Below, piece after piece: positions 26,622-40,068 of a stretch of 64,000 nucleotides of DNA; positions within the stretch are counted from its first letter, which is position 1, and each line of letters begins with the position of its first letter. Position numbers and translations under genes: made by a program. Below the pieces are notes generated by a model. The model ran no database searches. It had not been told where the DNA came from and saw only the letters and a list, made by a program, of their open reading frames with translations. Origin of the DNA: Vicugna vicugna (Eukaryota); the NCBI GenBank assembly GCA_013265495.1, contig MU058824.1, positions 1 through 64,000 on the forward strand, given 5' to 3'.

Positions 26622-26788
26622 ACTATACTTCCTCTTTGGTCAAATGGTCTACCTTTGGCTTCTGTGACACTGTGACACCACCTTCTCCTGGTTTTCCTCC
26701 TTTCTCACGGGATCTTCCTCTTTTTCTCCTTTGCTAAATCTTCTCTGTTCAGCCTCCTAGGAGCCCTCCAGCGATCAGTCTTGGGCCC

Positions 26789-27252
26789 TGCAGTAGCAAT
26801 ATACTGGCCTCCAAAGTTGTTCATATCCTAATCCCCAGAACATGTGAATATTTTACCTTAGGTGGCAAAGGGGACTTTGCAGATCTGATTAAAGATCTTG
26901 AGATGGGGAGATTATCCTGGATTATCCAGATGGGCCCAATCAAACCACAAGAATCTTTATAAAGGTAAAAACGAAGCAGGAGAGTCATGAAAAGTTGTGA
27001 CAATGGAAACAGAAGCTGGAGTGATGCCCTCTGAATATGAGGAAGGAGCCATAAGCCAATGGTTCCATCGAGAAGCTAGGAAAGTGACAGAATAGATTCT
27101 GCCCTAGAGTCTCCAGAGAGAGTTCAGCCAAAACCTTGATTTCGGCCCAGTGAGATCCAGCTTTGACTTCTGACCTCCAGAACCATAAAATAATATGTTT
27201 GTGTTATTTTAAGCTACTAAGTGTGTAGTAGTCGCAATAGGACACTAATCCA
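26789..27252 (+). mobile_element. MaLR solo LTR (MLT1D-like)
   Basis: TG...CA ends with a 5-bp TSD GGCCC at 26784-26788 and 27253-27257; gagattatcctggattatcc core. Confidence 0.85.
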
Positions 27253-27979
27253 GGCCCCATTCCTTTCTCCATCTATATGTTCTTCCAAAGGAACCCGAAG
27301 GCATCCTGTGGCTTAAAAAACTATCTATATTCCAAGACTACCAACTCTTTCTCAGCAAATCTGACCTCTCCCCTAGATTCCTTATTCGTACATCCAGATT
27401 ACTAGTTGTGGGGAAAAAACAAACAAAAAAACAAGTGGCAGCCCCTTTACAAAATGCAGGCTTCTCTAAGCCTGTTTTTGCCTGAATGTGTGACCTGCTG
27501 AATTAGTCTGTATCTTTCTGTGCTCCCTGTGTGTGATGCAGAAGCATCTGATGACAGTGCGGATGTGACAGAGCAGGACATCATCTACTTCATTCATTCA
27601 TTCTCTTATCCAAATATTGTTATTGACCTGACTGAACATGCCAGTTGCTATGCCAGTCCCATAAGCAGACAAAGGCTGTTCCTTCTTGTGCATCTAAGAG
27701 ATCTCAAACTCCACACCACCAGCTGGGAACCCCTAATTTCCCCAACTCATCCCACACCAACATCTGCTCTGCCCTTCCCCCCCAAAAAACCATGCTGTTC
27801 CTGTCCCAGGTGTTTTCCTCACAGTAAACTGCACCATGAGTTGCTCATGCCAAAAACCTAAGAGTTTATCTTGCATTCATTTTTATTCTCATTTGACACA
27901 TTCAGCCTCTAATCAAATTTATAATCTCCAAAACACACCCAAATGTATTTACATCTCCCCATCTACCACATCCTCTGCA

Positions 27980-28422
27980 ATTCAAGCCACCGCCCTCTCT
28001 CAGACAGAATACTGCCACCACCTCCAATGATCTATTCTCTACACAGCAACAGGAAGTGCATTCATAATGTAAATTAGTCCATGCCAATCCCCTACCTAAA
28101 ACCCATCAGTGACATCTCGTTGCATGTAGAATGAGAGGCAATCTCTCGCTGGCTTTCAGAGCCTTCCTGGCTTTCTTGCCTCTTCCTAACTCTCCATCCT
28201 TATTCAAGCCACCGCCCTCTCTCACACAGAATACTGCCATCACCTCCAATGATCTATTCTCTACACAGCAACAGGAAGTGCATTCATAATGTAATTAGTC
28301 CATGCCACTCCCCTACCTAAAACCCATCAGTGACATCTCGTTGCATGTAGAATGAGAGGCAATCTCTCGCTGGCTTTCAGAGCCTTCCTGGCTTTCTTGC
28401 CTCTTCCTAACTCTCCATCCTT
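27980..28422. repeat. Tandem duplication of a ~222-bp unit
   Basis: 27980-28201 vs 28202-28422 differ by 3 substitutions and 1 indel. Confidence 0.95.
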
Positions 28423-29433
28423 GTCCCACACCTGGTTTGCCATGTGCCAGCCATGCTGCCTTTCTTTTGAACATGCCAATCTCCATTTTGCATTGGGACA
28501 CTTCTAACAGCTTTTCCCTCTGTGGAAAATACTTTCCAGCTGATTTTCTTTCTCAGACTTTAAGTCTCATCTCAAAGGTAACCTCCTCCATGAGTATTTC
28601 CTGACTACCCTCTATAAAATAGACACCCAATCATCCCCCGCCAAACACCTCCATTCTTTTAATTTGAATTTTAATTACTTGCATAGTGTATATTCCTATC
28701 TGATATTTTTTCTTTTACTGTTTATTCTGTTTCCCCCCAGGATCATGTAGAAGTTACGACAGCAGGGGCCTTACCTTTTTCATTGCTATGTGCCCGGTTC
28801 TTTAAAAACTGTCTGGCACATAGTAGGTATTAAATAAACATCTGTCATATGAGTGAAACTTTTCCCCAAGACCTGTCATTGCAATTATGAGCCACTCTCA
28901 CCTAGTCATTAGTATAAAATGTCTTCACTACTGTTATTCCCAACAAGTAGATTTGATTTTCCTGCTTACTTTTCTGTCTCCACTGCTGGATGTGAAGTCC
29001 GTGAAAATAAGGATTACGAGATGGGTGCTGTGATGGATGCATTCAAGGCAGTCAATCACCATAGTTCAATTAATAAATGAATGAGTGAATCAATCAATTC
29101 ATGACTCCACAAATGATTAATGAGTGAGTAGGGAGGAGAGTAGCCTTGCTCTGTCACCTGTATCCTCATGTGGCCCCACCACACATGAGGGGCACATAAT
29201 ATATAAACCAAGTTAACTGGTAGCAAATTCAGACAAAAACAGACTCAGTTCAGCCTGCATTCTGCAAGGGGGCTGCTTATTTGGCTCTGGTTTTCATGCT
29301 GCTCAGTCCAATAGCCAGGTAGGGTCCACCTGAACTAGGTATCAACGTAGAGTAGCACCCTCAGGATTCTCTGCTTAGGAACAGCATGAGGAGGACAAAA
29401 GGGTTTTGGGGGAATTCCTGAAACCTCACTTTG

Positions 29434-29520
29434 CATTTTTTTAATAGAGGTACTGGGAATTGAACCCAGGACCTCATGCATGCTGAGCACGCGCTCTGCC
29501 ACTGAGCTATTTCCTACCCA
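29434..29520 (-). mobile_element. tRNA-Ala-derived SINE, short form
   Basis: tRNA head plus A tail; ~16-bp TSD ctgaaacctcactttg / ctgaaccctcattttg. Confidence 0.88.
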
Positions 29521-31529
29521 CTGAACCCTCATTTTGTAATGAGGACAGGATACAGTTCACTAACTATACTAATACACCAAAAGCCATAAAAAATACTAAA
29601 TGGATTCTGATAGAGGTCTCGTATCACTGTGGAACTAATATTAATATAATTGCATCAGCATTTATGCAGCTACATTTAGGGAGAAATTACTAGGCTCCAG
29701 AAGCTTTGCTAAGAGCTTGACACGAGGTGTGCTATCATTATTTATATTTTACAGATAACTGAGTTTGAGAAACACAAGGTCAAATGGTTATTACATGGCA
29801 GACCCAGGATATAAATCTGGTGTTCTGACCCCTGAGCCCACACACTTAACCACCACACTAGCCTGAAGTAATGAGAAAGGCCAGAAACCGGCCAGACTTT
29901 CTTAGATGGTTCTCTCTGGATCCCCGTCTGATTGCCTTAGTATATGTGGCTCCCACCCACCTAGCCGTCCTCTGCTGGTATGTCTGCGTGTCTTACGTTT
30001 ACTTCAGGCCTCTTCTTATTAAGACTGGAGTCCTCGGTTAAGGATTTATTCAGAGGACTGATTTTACCATATCTTAAGTCTTACACATATGCCTTGGCTT
30101 CCCTCCTGCAGATGCTGGGGGTTGCTGTACATGGCTGTTTAGTGCTGGAGCTCCCTGGCTCTCACCCTGAGTGCCCTGCAGTGGGCTCTCTTGTCCCTGA
30201 TGTCCCCTGCTCTGTAGCTGAGCTCAGGCAGCTGGATTAGCATATTGCAAAGGCCCTTTGACATGAAGAGTATAGATTTGCTTGCAGTGGACAGTTAAAA
30301 CGACATCCTCATTGGACAGAAACACAGAGGCAGTGACATTTCCTATGAAATGCCATTTAAAACCCCACATAAAATGTTTCATCACTTCATGCCCAATTGT
30401 GCATAGGTTATTCTCAAGTACTCTAATAGAGAACAGGGCTTTTTAATCAATTTGGTAGATTCTAAATTGAAAACACTTTAATAGATGAAATCACTAGGTG
30501 CTTTCATTGCTTCAGAATTTCTATCCTGCAGCTCATAAGTAGAGCATCATTGTACCTTTTCTCCAGGTCATACTCCCCTGGCATGGGGGTCACACAATAA
30601 TGTATGTCTTTTCTAGATTGCTTTTTTGCTTTGGTACTTGGCCATTTACCACAAAGGACAGCAGAGGTAAAAGACCAAAATGTGTGATCTTGCTACCTTT
30701 TTTACCCTACCAGAAAAAAAGAAAATATTGAAAGGCACATGGTCTCAACATCATATATCTTTGCTTTGGGTTCACATTCTGGGGATATTCGGAACAGCCG
30801 GGTGAATCCTGGCCAAACTGGAAAGGCACCAAGATAGTATCAGTCATGTCTTCAAGCAGATATCAGCCTACTGTTTAAATGCCAAACAAAAAGACATGTG
30901 AATAAGGAAGATGTTAAAAAGCTGAAAAAAATGCATCTACACTTTAACCACTAAAATCGCCTGCCTCAGTAAAGGCAATAGGTAAACTTCCAAATGGAGA
31001 CGATGTAGCTTAAAGAAAATTACGGGTTTAAACATAGTAGAAACGTAGCCAATCACAATCCTCAAAAAATAATTCATGTCTATGTTGCTTAGCACACAAG
31101 ACATTACTTAAACCCAGAAAGAAATATTAGCCTTGGTGGTATGGCAGCTCCTCACAGCCTAGAGAAGCCAGTTTCCTTATCAGTCCAGCAGGAGTGTAAT
31201 TAGAGACAATAGCTGGAGCAGCTGTATTGGAAAAACAAGTCATTTGTCCTCCCCCTCCCCCCGCCTCTTCTGCTCATGTAGTTAATCTGAACATAGCATC
31301 GGCTCCATCCTCAAGACTCCTCGAAAGGCAGGATAATAGGAAACATATCTGTTTCCCACCGTGGATTGTGAGGGTTGAAGAAATACTTGCTCTTATCTTG
31401 CTAATGCATTATATAAAATGCAAGTAATTTATGTCTGGAAATTCAAAGGCTCCCAAGAGAGGAGAATGTTGTTGGAGAATAAAAACAGTTATCTTCAGGG
31501 AAAGAGAATCTGGGAAAATGGCTTATACT

Positions 31530-31944
31530 CAGTGGTATTCTAGAAAATGTTTAACAACAGGCTTTCCCGGGGAAAGCCTTGATTTGTAATATTTTCTAAT
31601 TTCTGTGGTGTAAATATTCCCACCAAGGCTGATTTCAAGCTACCAATGCAACATCACTGAACACAGAGTTGGAAAGACATCCACAGTAGGAAGCCATTAT
31701 ACAGTATTTCCACCACACATACAAGAGATGCAAATAATCTCAAGAACATAGATAATAGTAAAATATAGTAAAAAAAAAAAAAAACTAGGATGTGGTCAAT
31801 TTTGAGTATTGGTTACCTTTGTTTTAATACAATTTATTGAAATTTTAGATTATCATTTTTAGTAATGGCTGTTATTACCTTGCAGAATTCCTGAAAACAA
31901 TCACCTCTCACAAGCCGGTACAAGCTGACTCCAGACCACCACTG
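31530..31944. mobile_element. MER63-like hAT MITE
   Basis: CAGTGGT...ACCACTG terminal inverted repeats with an 8-bp TSD cttatact / tctatact. Confidence 0.75.
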
Positions 31945-32367
31945 TCTATACTATCCTCTGACTGCCACGTTACCAAAAGTAATATATAGCTCTCTAGTTA
32001 GTTCTAACAAGTGAAAGAGAATGCATAATAGCAATATTCATGTTTTCAACAATTTAGTGGAATTTAGTCACTTTTTTAATAATTTTCCCAAGACCTACCT
32101 TTCCAGAATGTTCTCCCTAGAGCCAGAAGAAAGAATCATCTAGGAACATGTTTACATACTGTTACTAAAACAATGAAAACCCAGGTACTTTTCATAATCA
32201 TAATTGTTGAGAATGTATTTTGTAACCCTTTCTTCTTCACATGTATACAGTTAAGTGCTAATAGGAAATTTTAGTTGAGGCACCAAGACAATTAATATCA
32301 CATTCCAAGTGAAGTGCAAAGCTATGCTGAGAACTTGCAAAAAATGTGATCAAAAAACAGTTACATA

Positions 32368-33228
32368 AAATCAAAACTACAATGAGGTACCACCTCACAC
32401 CAGTCAGAATGGCCATCGTGATAAAGTCTACAAATAATAAATGCTGGAGAGGCTGTGAAGAAAAGGGAACCCTCCTACACTGTAGGTGGGAATGTAGTTT
32501 AATGCAACCAGTATGGAGGTTCCTTAAAAAACTAAAAATAGACTTACCATATGATTCAGCAATCCACTCCTGACATATATCCAGAAGAGACAAACACGCT
32601 AATTCAAAAAGATAATGCACCCCAATGCTCACAGCAGCACTGTTTACAATAGCCAAGACATGGAAGCAACCTAAATATCCATCGACAGATGAAGGCATAT
32701 AGATGTGATATATAAATACAATGGAATACTACTCAGCCATAAGAAAGAATGAAATAATGCCATTTGCAGCAACATGGATGGACCTAGAGATTATCACATT
32801 AAGCGAAGTCAGAGAAAGATGAATATAATATCACTTATATGTGGAATCTAAAAACATGATACAAATGAACTCATTTACAAAACAGAAATAGACTCACAGA
32901 CATAGAAAACAAACTTATGGTTACCAAAGCATAAATGGGGGGGAATAAATTGGGAATTTGGGATGAACAGATACACACTATATATAAAATTATATATAAA
33001 ACTGATTTAAAAAAAAGGCCCCACTGTATAACACAGAGAATTATATTCAATCTTATAATAACCTATAATGGAAAAGAATCTGAAATACATATATATATAT
33101 GTATTTATATATACATATATATATATATATATAAGAACTAAATCACTTCGCTGTACACCTGAAACTAACATAACATTTTAATCAACTATACTTCAATAAA
33201 AAGTTGTTTGCTTGGGGAGGTGGGGAGG
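32368..33228 (+). mobile_element. 5'-truncated L1 (ORF2 C-terminus plus 3' UTR)
   Basis: [38 protein letters not shown] is the L1 ORF2 cysteine-rich end; 12-bp TSD aacagttacata at 32356-32367 and 33229-33240. Confidence 0.93.
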
Positions 33229-33240
33229 AACAGTTACATA

Positions 33241-33705
33241 GACTTCCACTTCTGGGAAGACGGAGGTGACATACTTTTCCCTAAATTCCCCACTAACTGC
33301 AACTAAAATCCCTGGATATTATATATATATAACAGATGAAAGGGGCAGAGAGGATGACAGACCAGCTAGGGAGTAACACAGTGTTACGTTTCCTGGCTTT
33401 TCTCTTTGCCTCATTAATCCCCGAGCAGAGGCTGTAGAAGCCAGCAACCCAGAAACACCAATGGGCTCAGACTAAAAAGCTCCCAAGAGCCTTTGCTTTC
33501 CAGCCAAAGGATCTTGTCAGGATAGAACGTCACTGGATCTTGACTCTGCTCATGTCAGAACTCTGTGATATTATACTATAGTTTTGGAAGCTTTTACCAT
33601 TGCGGGAAACAAGGTAAAGGGTACATGGGCTCTCTCTGGATTATTTCTTACAACTGCGTGTGCATTTGTAACTATGTCAAAATAAAAAGTTCAATTTAAA
33701 AAAGT
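33241..33705 (+). mobile_element. Old L1 fragments (5'-end-like 33241-33530; L1MC/MD 3' end 33540-33705)
   Basis: Typical L1M 3'-end text ending aaaataaaaagttcaatttaaaaa; subfamily from recall. Confidence 0.55.
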
Positions 33706-35309
33706 TATCTGTCTCCTACCCCCTCAGCTCTATCCAGGATATAAAAGACTCAGAAGTCAGAGATGAGATTTTGGAGAAAGCTGTTGGTGCACCAAGAGAT
33801 CTGACCCTGCTGCCAGAGTAGTAAACTGAGGGGTGTTTCCCCCACCACTGCAAATCAAAATAGAGGGGCTTTAAGGAGACCCCTTGGAGAGTCTGATGTT
33901 TAGCCTCCAGAGATGGGGATATATAGACTGACTCTTACCTGAAAAATCAAAACGGCAAGAGCCAGCTGGCTAGAGACTTGGATAGAAAAGCAAATGTGAG
34001 GCAGCAGCTCAGGGCAGCCTCCATCTCCAGGGTTTGTGACACAAAGGACCATTTCCTGTGGACCAGATGCGGACCATGCACAGGAGCTAGCCTAGGCCTT
34101 GTAGATCCTTTCCACCTGGAGGGGCAGACCGCCCTCAGCAGGAAGAAGCTGGCATACCTCTGAATTCCTAAGGGATAAGGGAGCATTCCTAAACCTCCAT
34201 GCAGACTAGAAATGCGACATCAACAGCACAGGGCCTTTTCTCTACTGAGGGATCAAAAACCAAGTCAGCAACACGGGAGGGGAGGAGCAGAAGCCCCAGG
34301 CTGGCAAGGAACACACAGCAGCCAATGCTGCACAGTGTTCACACATGACGTTTTCTCTTGTTGCCACAAGCTGGCAAACATTCATTATTATCAGTTCTCA
34401 AACTAAGCACTGCTGAGGACTTCCGCAAATGGGGATTATAGATCATTTCATTTTTAATCATCACATAAGCAGGTCAGGGTCTTCATTACTGAAATGCACT
34501 TTGAAATTGTTTTTTAATTAACATAATTACAATATAAACAGCAAGAGTAAATTCATTAAAATCAAACCATCCACTGAAATCATTTTTCTCCCTAAGCACA
34601 TTCTCTGATGTTGCAGTGTTTTAGGAGAAGACAGCCTTTTTTCGGCGTCTCTCTTACCTCCCCTACCCTCCTCACACCCTTGCTCTGAACCCTGCCCCCA
34701 CCCTAGTCTCTCCAAAGAGGGGTAATTCTAAGTCATATTCCAGGACACATATCAGACCATATTTGCTCGTGGGTGGAGCCACCATGCATAAAAGGGCAGC
34801 ATATGAGTGTGCTTTCTCCTTTCTCTTGTTTATATGTTGCTGAAGTGATAAGCTGACCATGTTCCGGCCACGTGCTCTCTAAAGATGATAAAATGATTCT
34901 AAGGAAACCACAAGTGGGGAAAAAGCAGGTTGTAAAAAAATTACTATCCTATGAGCACATATTTTTTCTCATGTTCTCTATTCCACTCTTTTTTAAAAAA
35001 GCATCTTAACGATAATAACTGTATCATTCAAATTCTTGAAATCCTAGTGCTGCTGATTGTTGTTTCTGGTGATTCTTACTCCAGGTGAATTGCTCCCATG
35101 TGTGTTTTGTACTTTTAGATTATGAGCTCATGTTTAGTGGAGCCTCTAATTTCCAAGCTAACTGTGTAACAAGAACATTTCCATTATTTGGTAATTTAAC
35201 AAACATGAACTAACACGCCAGGTGGACCTCTCATAGTCTCTAGCCATAAGGAGCTTTAGAGTCAAACCTACCTGTGCTGTTTGGGAAAAACAATCAACAT
35301 CCCAGTCAT

Positions 35310-35555
35310 AATAACAGCTAACCCTTACTGAGCTATCACTGGGTGCTGAGCGTGTGACACGAATTATTTCTCTTAATCTTCAACATCCCAAGACAGATAC
35401 TATTCTTATCCCCATTTTATAGATGAGGAAAGCAGACCCTTGTAGAGAGACTGATAACTTTCCCGAGGTCACTCTGCTCGTAAACTGCAGACCCAGAATT
35501 TAAAATCACATCACCTGCACTCCAGCACCCAAACACTCAACCCACTTGGCTATAT
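35310..35555 (-). mobile_element. MIR
   Basis: atccccattttatagatgaggaaa core. Confidence 0.8.
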
Positions 35556-38329
35556 CACAGTCACACACAAATTTCAAAGCGCTCAGGCATGGAGCAAAAG
35601 TAACAACACAAAGCCAACAAAGAGAGACCAGACTGAGATGCTGTGGTTCCTCATTCACTTGGACATAAAGTATGGGCTGAGAGTAGATAACCTGCTGGAG
35701 AAACCCACCTCAGGGAAGACACGTCCAAGGTCTGGTCTGAAGCAAGCTTTCATTCCAAGTTTCACAAAACAGAGAGGCTGAGGCGACTGCTTCCCACGCC
35801 CTCAGTGGAACCGGCTTGGGGGCTGGAACAGTCCTGGGCTTTCAGGAGTCCAGCTGCAGGGAGCTGAGCGAGAAAATAAAGTTGGAGAGGCTGTGGGAGG
35901 GGCAGACATGAAAGCTCAGAAAGCCAGTCCAGTTACACCAAAGTTCACTGAGACTCTGAAGTCTACTACTAGTGCCTGCAGGATTTTCACAACGTGCCAC
36001 GGTATTTGCAATTAGGTCTGGAGGACACAGCTCGGCAAAATGTGTACTTCCTGGATGTTACACAAAAGACAAGTTCAGAAGAAGGTCTGTTGAGCTGAAA
36101 GCATGAGAAGCTAAGGGTAATTTACCTATAGCTCCTGAGTGGTACCTTTAAGTCATTAAGTAGACAGGTGGTCAGTGCAAACAAGCATCAAGGATGCTCG
36201 TGCCTGCTTACTAGCAGATGCAACCTCTTCTAAAGCAAAGGTATTTTCAAAACCTCAGACTAAATGAGATAAAATAAAATTCTTTCATCTGCACTGAATA
36301 TGTTATTCAGCCTTGAAAATCTCATTTTAACTGTTTATACCACTATTTGCCATCCATAAAAGTTCTACCTAGGACAATAAAGAGAAAAAATTGTATACAT
36401 TATTTTTTTTAATTTTTTTTGAAATGTAATTGACAAGTTTCAAGTGTACAGCAAAGTGATTCAGTTATACATTGTACACACTCTTTAATAATAACCCATA
36501 CTCCTGAGTATTATGGAAATAAGCATGATATAATTATTAAACTATCAGATTATTGCTGAGGCTGATTAATCTCAGGACAACGCCAGACAAGGTACTAATG
36601 AAGCCATGGCCAGGGTCAGTTCTTGGAAAGACTCTTCAGGGTCACTGTGTTTCATGACTTCCACCCAACCCCTCACCCCAGCTGGTGGCACAGGGGACAA
36701 AGCAAGAGAGAGGGAGGAAAGAGCCCTGCCATAGCAAAGGGGTAGCACTGCCTTTATACATGAAGGAAAACGTTAGGTCATAGCTGACATTTAACAGGCA
36801 ATTCACTCAAATGACTTCCCGTTTCATACCCTATAATTTGATGTGATTCTCCTTTTAACAGCACTCTGATCAGATGCACGTTTCCAATTTACATTTAAAA
36901 TCACAGCACATTCTCTTTCTACCAGTGTGGTCTTCTGAAGGACCACTCTTAATGATAACGCATGCGGTAAAGGTGAGCGTACAAGGGAGGCAGAAGGACT
37001 CTGGCTTTAGTTAGCTGCCTGCCCTATCATCACCCTCCCTGCATCTGCCTTCTTCACCACTGAGCCCGGCTCACCCTTCCCCTGCTCTCCTTTCCATTTT
37101 GGAGCTACCACTTCTGGACCGCTGCTCAGGGAACCTCTCCCCTGGTGCTGCGGTACAGGTCCTCCCCCTTCCCTGGTGTGTGATCTCACAAAGGAAGCCG
37201 GAGGAGCATCCCTGAGGGTCTTGCTGTTTATCACCCTGAAGAAACAAGCAGGAGTTAGCCACAGTAACAATTACATGTAAGTTACAAACTGGCAAGACTC
37301 CCGAGGTCCCCTGTTAAGTGTCCTCTGGGTGGCACCGTTCTGAGAATTCAGAAGACTTAATGTACATTTCCAGAAAGAAGAGATGCACTACTATTTAGAA
37401 CGTATGGAATATCTTTACAAAGCTAAGACCCAAGCTGCCTTAAAACAACAACAACAACAACAAAATAAAAAGAGGGTATGAGGGTAAGGGGAGGGGACTC
37501 ATTATACATTTGTTTGAAATGATCTCTAAAACATTTTAAGTGAAGGCTAAGTATAGAATAGACATATTTTGTACACAAAAGGCAGAAATATCTAGTTAAA
37601 TGCATTTACTTGTAAATGCCTAAAATACTCTAGAAACAGACAACGCAGATTGCCTCCTTGGAAGGGAACTGGATGCCTAAGGGACCCTTGGCAAGAAGAC
37701 TTCTTCTTATAGTCCCTTTTATATCTTTCTAAGTTCTATTCTTTCTGCTCTTGGGAAAGAATTTGCAAGTGAATATACTTACCACTCACTAGATAGGTGA
37801 ACAGATTGTAATGCTAAGAATCTGGAGAGATCATCTAATTCTCTGGCAGAAGAAAGGTGACCCTTCTCCCTTTCTCTCACTGTCCCTCCTGTCTTCACCC
37901 ATCTATCCATTAAAGGATTGATGTGAAGTTCAAATGCATTGTTGAAGTGTAGGTGAAATCTAGTAAACTCTAAACAGCCCATTCCCTTCTCTTCTCCATT
38001 CCTTTCCCCGACTTTATACAGAGACTTCCTCTTCTTAAAAATAAATTTTAAAGAAGGCTCGTGAGGGATGGTTAAGACCCCACTGATTATTAAATTGAGC
38101 TTTAAAACATTTTTAAAAGAACTTGTGGAAAACATACCCTTTCTTTCCATGGCCTTTCATCTTTATATGAGTACCACCAGTAATACTTAACCACCTAAAG
38201 TTTAAACTTTCTCTAAGGATTAAGTTGAAGGCCTTGCAAGTCTTCCTTCAGAAGATAAAAGACAAGTCTCCTGCACACCATGTCCCCCTTCCATCAAGCT
38301 TTTTTTTTTAAGAAAATAAACATCCTCAA

Positions 38330-38510
38330 GTTTAGTAAGAACAATTTGATTCAAAGGAAAATCAACTGATTCTCGATTTCTGTTGCAGTTTTGAAAACAT
38401 TCTTCCTTAGTAACCAAAAGTGATCTGCCCTGTGAGTCTAATGTGAAAAAACCAGAATTCAACTCAGCCACAGAAAATGAAGCAAGAGCCAATATCTTGC
38501 ATTTCTGCCA
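38330..38510 (-). pseudogene. RAPGEF-like pseudo-exon: CNBD1 phosphate-binding cassette (TLDSQGRSLLVTKEEC...SVDF)
   Basis: Parallels Epac2 ILDNTPRHATIVTRESS...QKDF; within ORF 38220..38492; boundaries approximate. Confidence 0.55.
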
Positions 38511-38579
38511 ATGTGGAATTGAGAAAGAATAGTAGACCCAATTAAGGTACCAGAGTAAAAGATTTGTCAGTTGTGTGAT

Positions 38580-39092
38580 AGTTCATATTATTATTGACAA
38601 CTATTTGCTCCCTACCCTGCAAGACTTACACATCTTCGTTGTTCACCGTGACTCCTGCAAAAGGAGCACATCTTGCTGCATGTTGTCAGACGCGGCCATG
38701 GACTTGACCGGCCAGTGAATGTCAGCAGATACGACAGTGCTCTCTCCAAGTAAGAGCTTCTTGAAGAGGGCTGCTCTTGCTTTTTAGTCTCTAACTGCAG
38801 AACAGCATATCCTAGATGGGATGCTCCATTAGCCTGGATTCCAAAATGAAGGCTCATGGGAAAGAGCCATATGGAACAGAGCCCCAGCCCCAGCTGCAGC
38901 CGCAGGCGACCTACAGCTAGAGGGGGAGATCTTCAGCCCACCCACAGAGGACGTGCAAGGAGACAAAGATAGGAATCCTTATTGTCATTTGCCACTGAGA
39001 TTTGGGGGTTGCTTTTTTCTTTTCTTTTCCTTTCTTTTTCTTTTTTTTTTTTAACACACTCCATAGACAGAGTGTGAGCCATCTCAGAAGGC

Positions 39093-39124
<32 letters not shown>

Positions 39125-39178
39125 CAGAGAGTCACTGGAGGTTGCTTTTCACTACAGGTTAGATGACTAATTAATACA
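38580..39178 (+). mobile_element. MaLR LTR (MLT1I/J-like) with internal T and GA simple repeats
   Basis: gccactgagatttgggggttg and terminal actaattaataca. Confidence 0.6.
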
Positions 39179-39872
39179 ACTAACAAATTATAATGATCCC
39201 AAGAAGGGGGAAACTAGGTTTCTGGGTTCTAGGCAAAAAGGAAAAGAAACTAACATTTATAGAACATATGCTCTAGGCCAACCCCTGTTCTGGGAGTTTC
39301 CATGACACCACCCACCACCTTGATGTCTGGAATAACCCCTTGAGTCTCATCTAGAAAATGAGAGGCTAAGGTTCTATGACCTCTAAGTAAGTTTTCAAAG
39401 CTGGCATTCTATGAGTTCCTTTCTGCAGCCTTTCATGAAAATAAGATTCACTACATAATTTATAGTCACCACGTTTTCAAGGGTGTGGATATCTGGTGTA
39501 GTTTAACTCCTATGTTTTTTTCATAACATGACTGATGTTTTTAACGTACCAAGAATTATTAGAACCATTTTCAGAGAAGACTCTCTTTCAGTTCACTAAT
39601 GTTTAAAACTTTTTATTTCAGAGAACAAGTCCATTTTTATTTCCTATTTTCAACTACTTAATATCATCTAACTACCAAAAATCTTGGAATTCTTCCATTT
39701 GTAAGGGCAATCTGCAATTAAAATTTAGCTTCCTCTTATATTGCCATTAGTTTCAAGATGCCTGTAAATCTACCAAGATTAATGTGAACCTGACTAATAA
39801 TTTGTCTTTTTTAAAAGTTTATAAGTGATAATAGAGATATCATCAAAAAGATTTCAAGTCATCAGAGTCTAC

Positions 39873-40068
39873 CATCATTAAAGATCAATACTGCCACCAT
39901 TAATGACACACAGGCAATTGTTCTGGGAAGGAAAATACATCTAGAGTTTGATGAATAGCTTTCAAACAAAGAGCACGAGTAATCTATCCAGGTTGAAAGA
40001 AAGCTTTCAAAGGCAGGCAAAGTCAAATGTAATATTCTGAAGCAAAATTCTCCTATGCCTCTTCTGAT
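39873..40068 (-). pseudogene. RAPGEF-like pseudo-exon: CNBD1 first half (RSEE...LPAFESF...CVINGGSIDL, frameshifted)
   Basis: Strong acceptor ttttccttttcAG; parallels Epac2 RSSED...VKAFEKF...YAVLAGSLDV. Confidence 0.65.

Larger units (their letters stand above)
26630..28856 (+). mobile_element. L2 element (interrupted by MLT1D; contains an internal tandem duplication)
   Basis: L2 body motifs and 3' end tggcacatagtaggtattaaataaa. Confidence 0.7.

Noticed and set aside
32258..32698. 146-aa minus-strand ORF
   Set aside because: Antisense reading of L1 ORF2.
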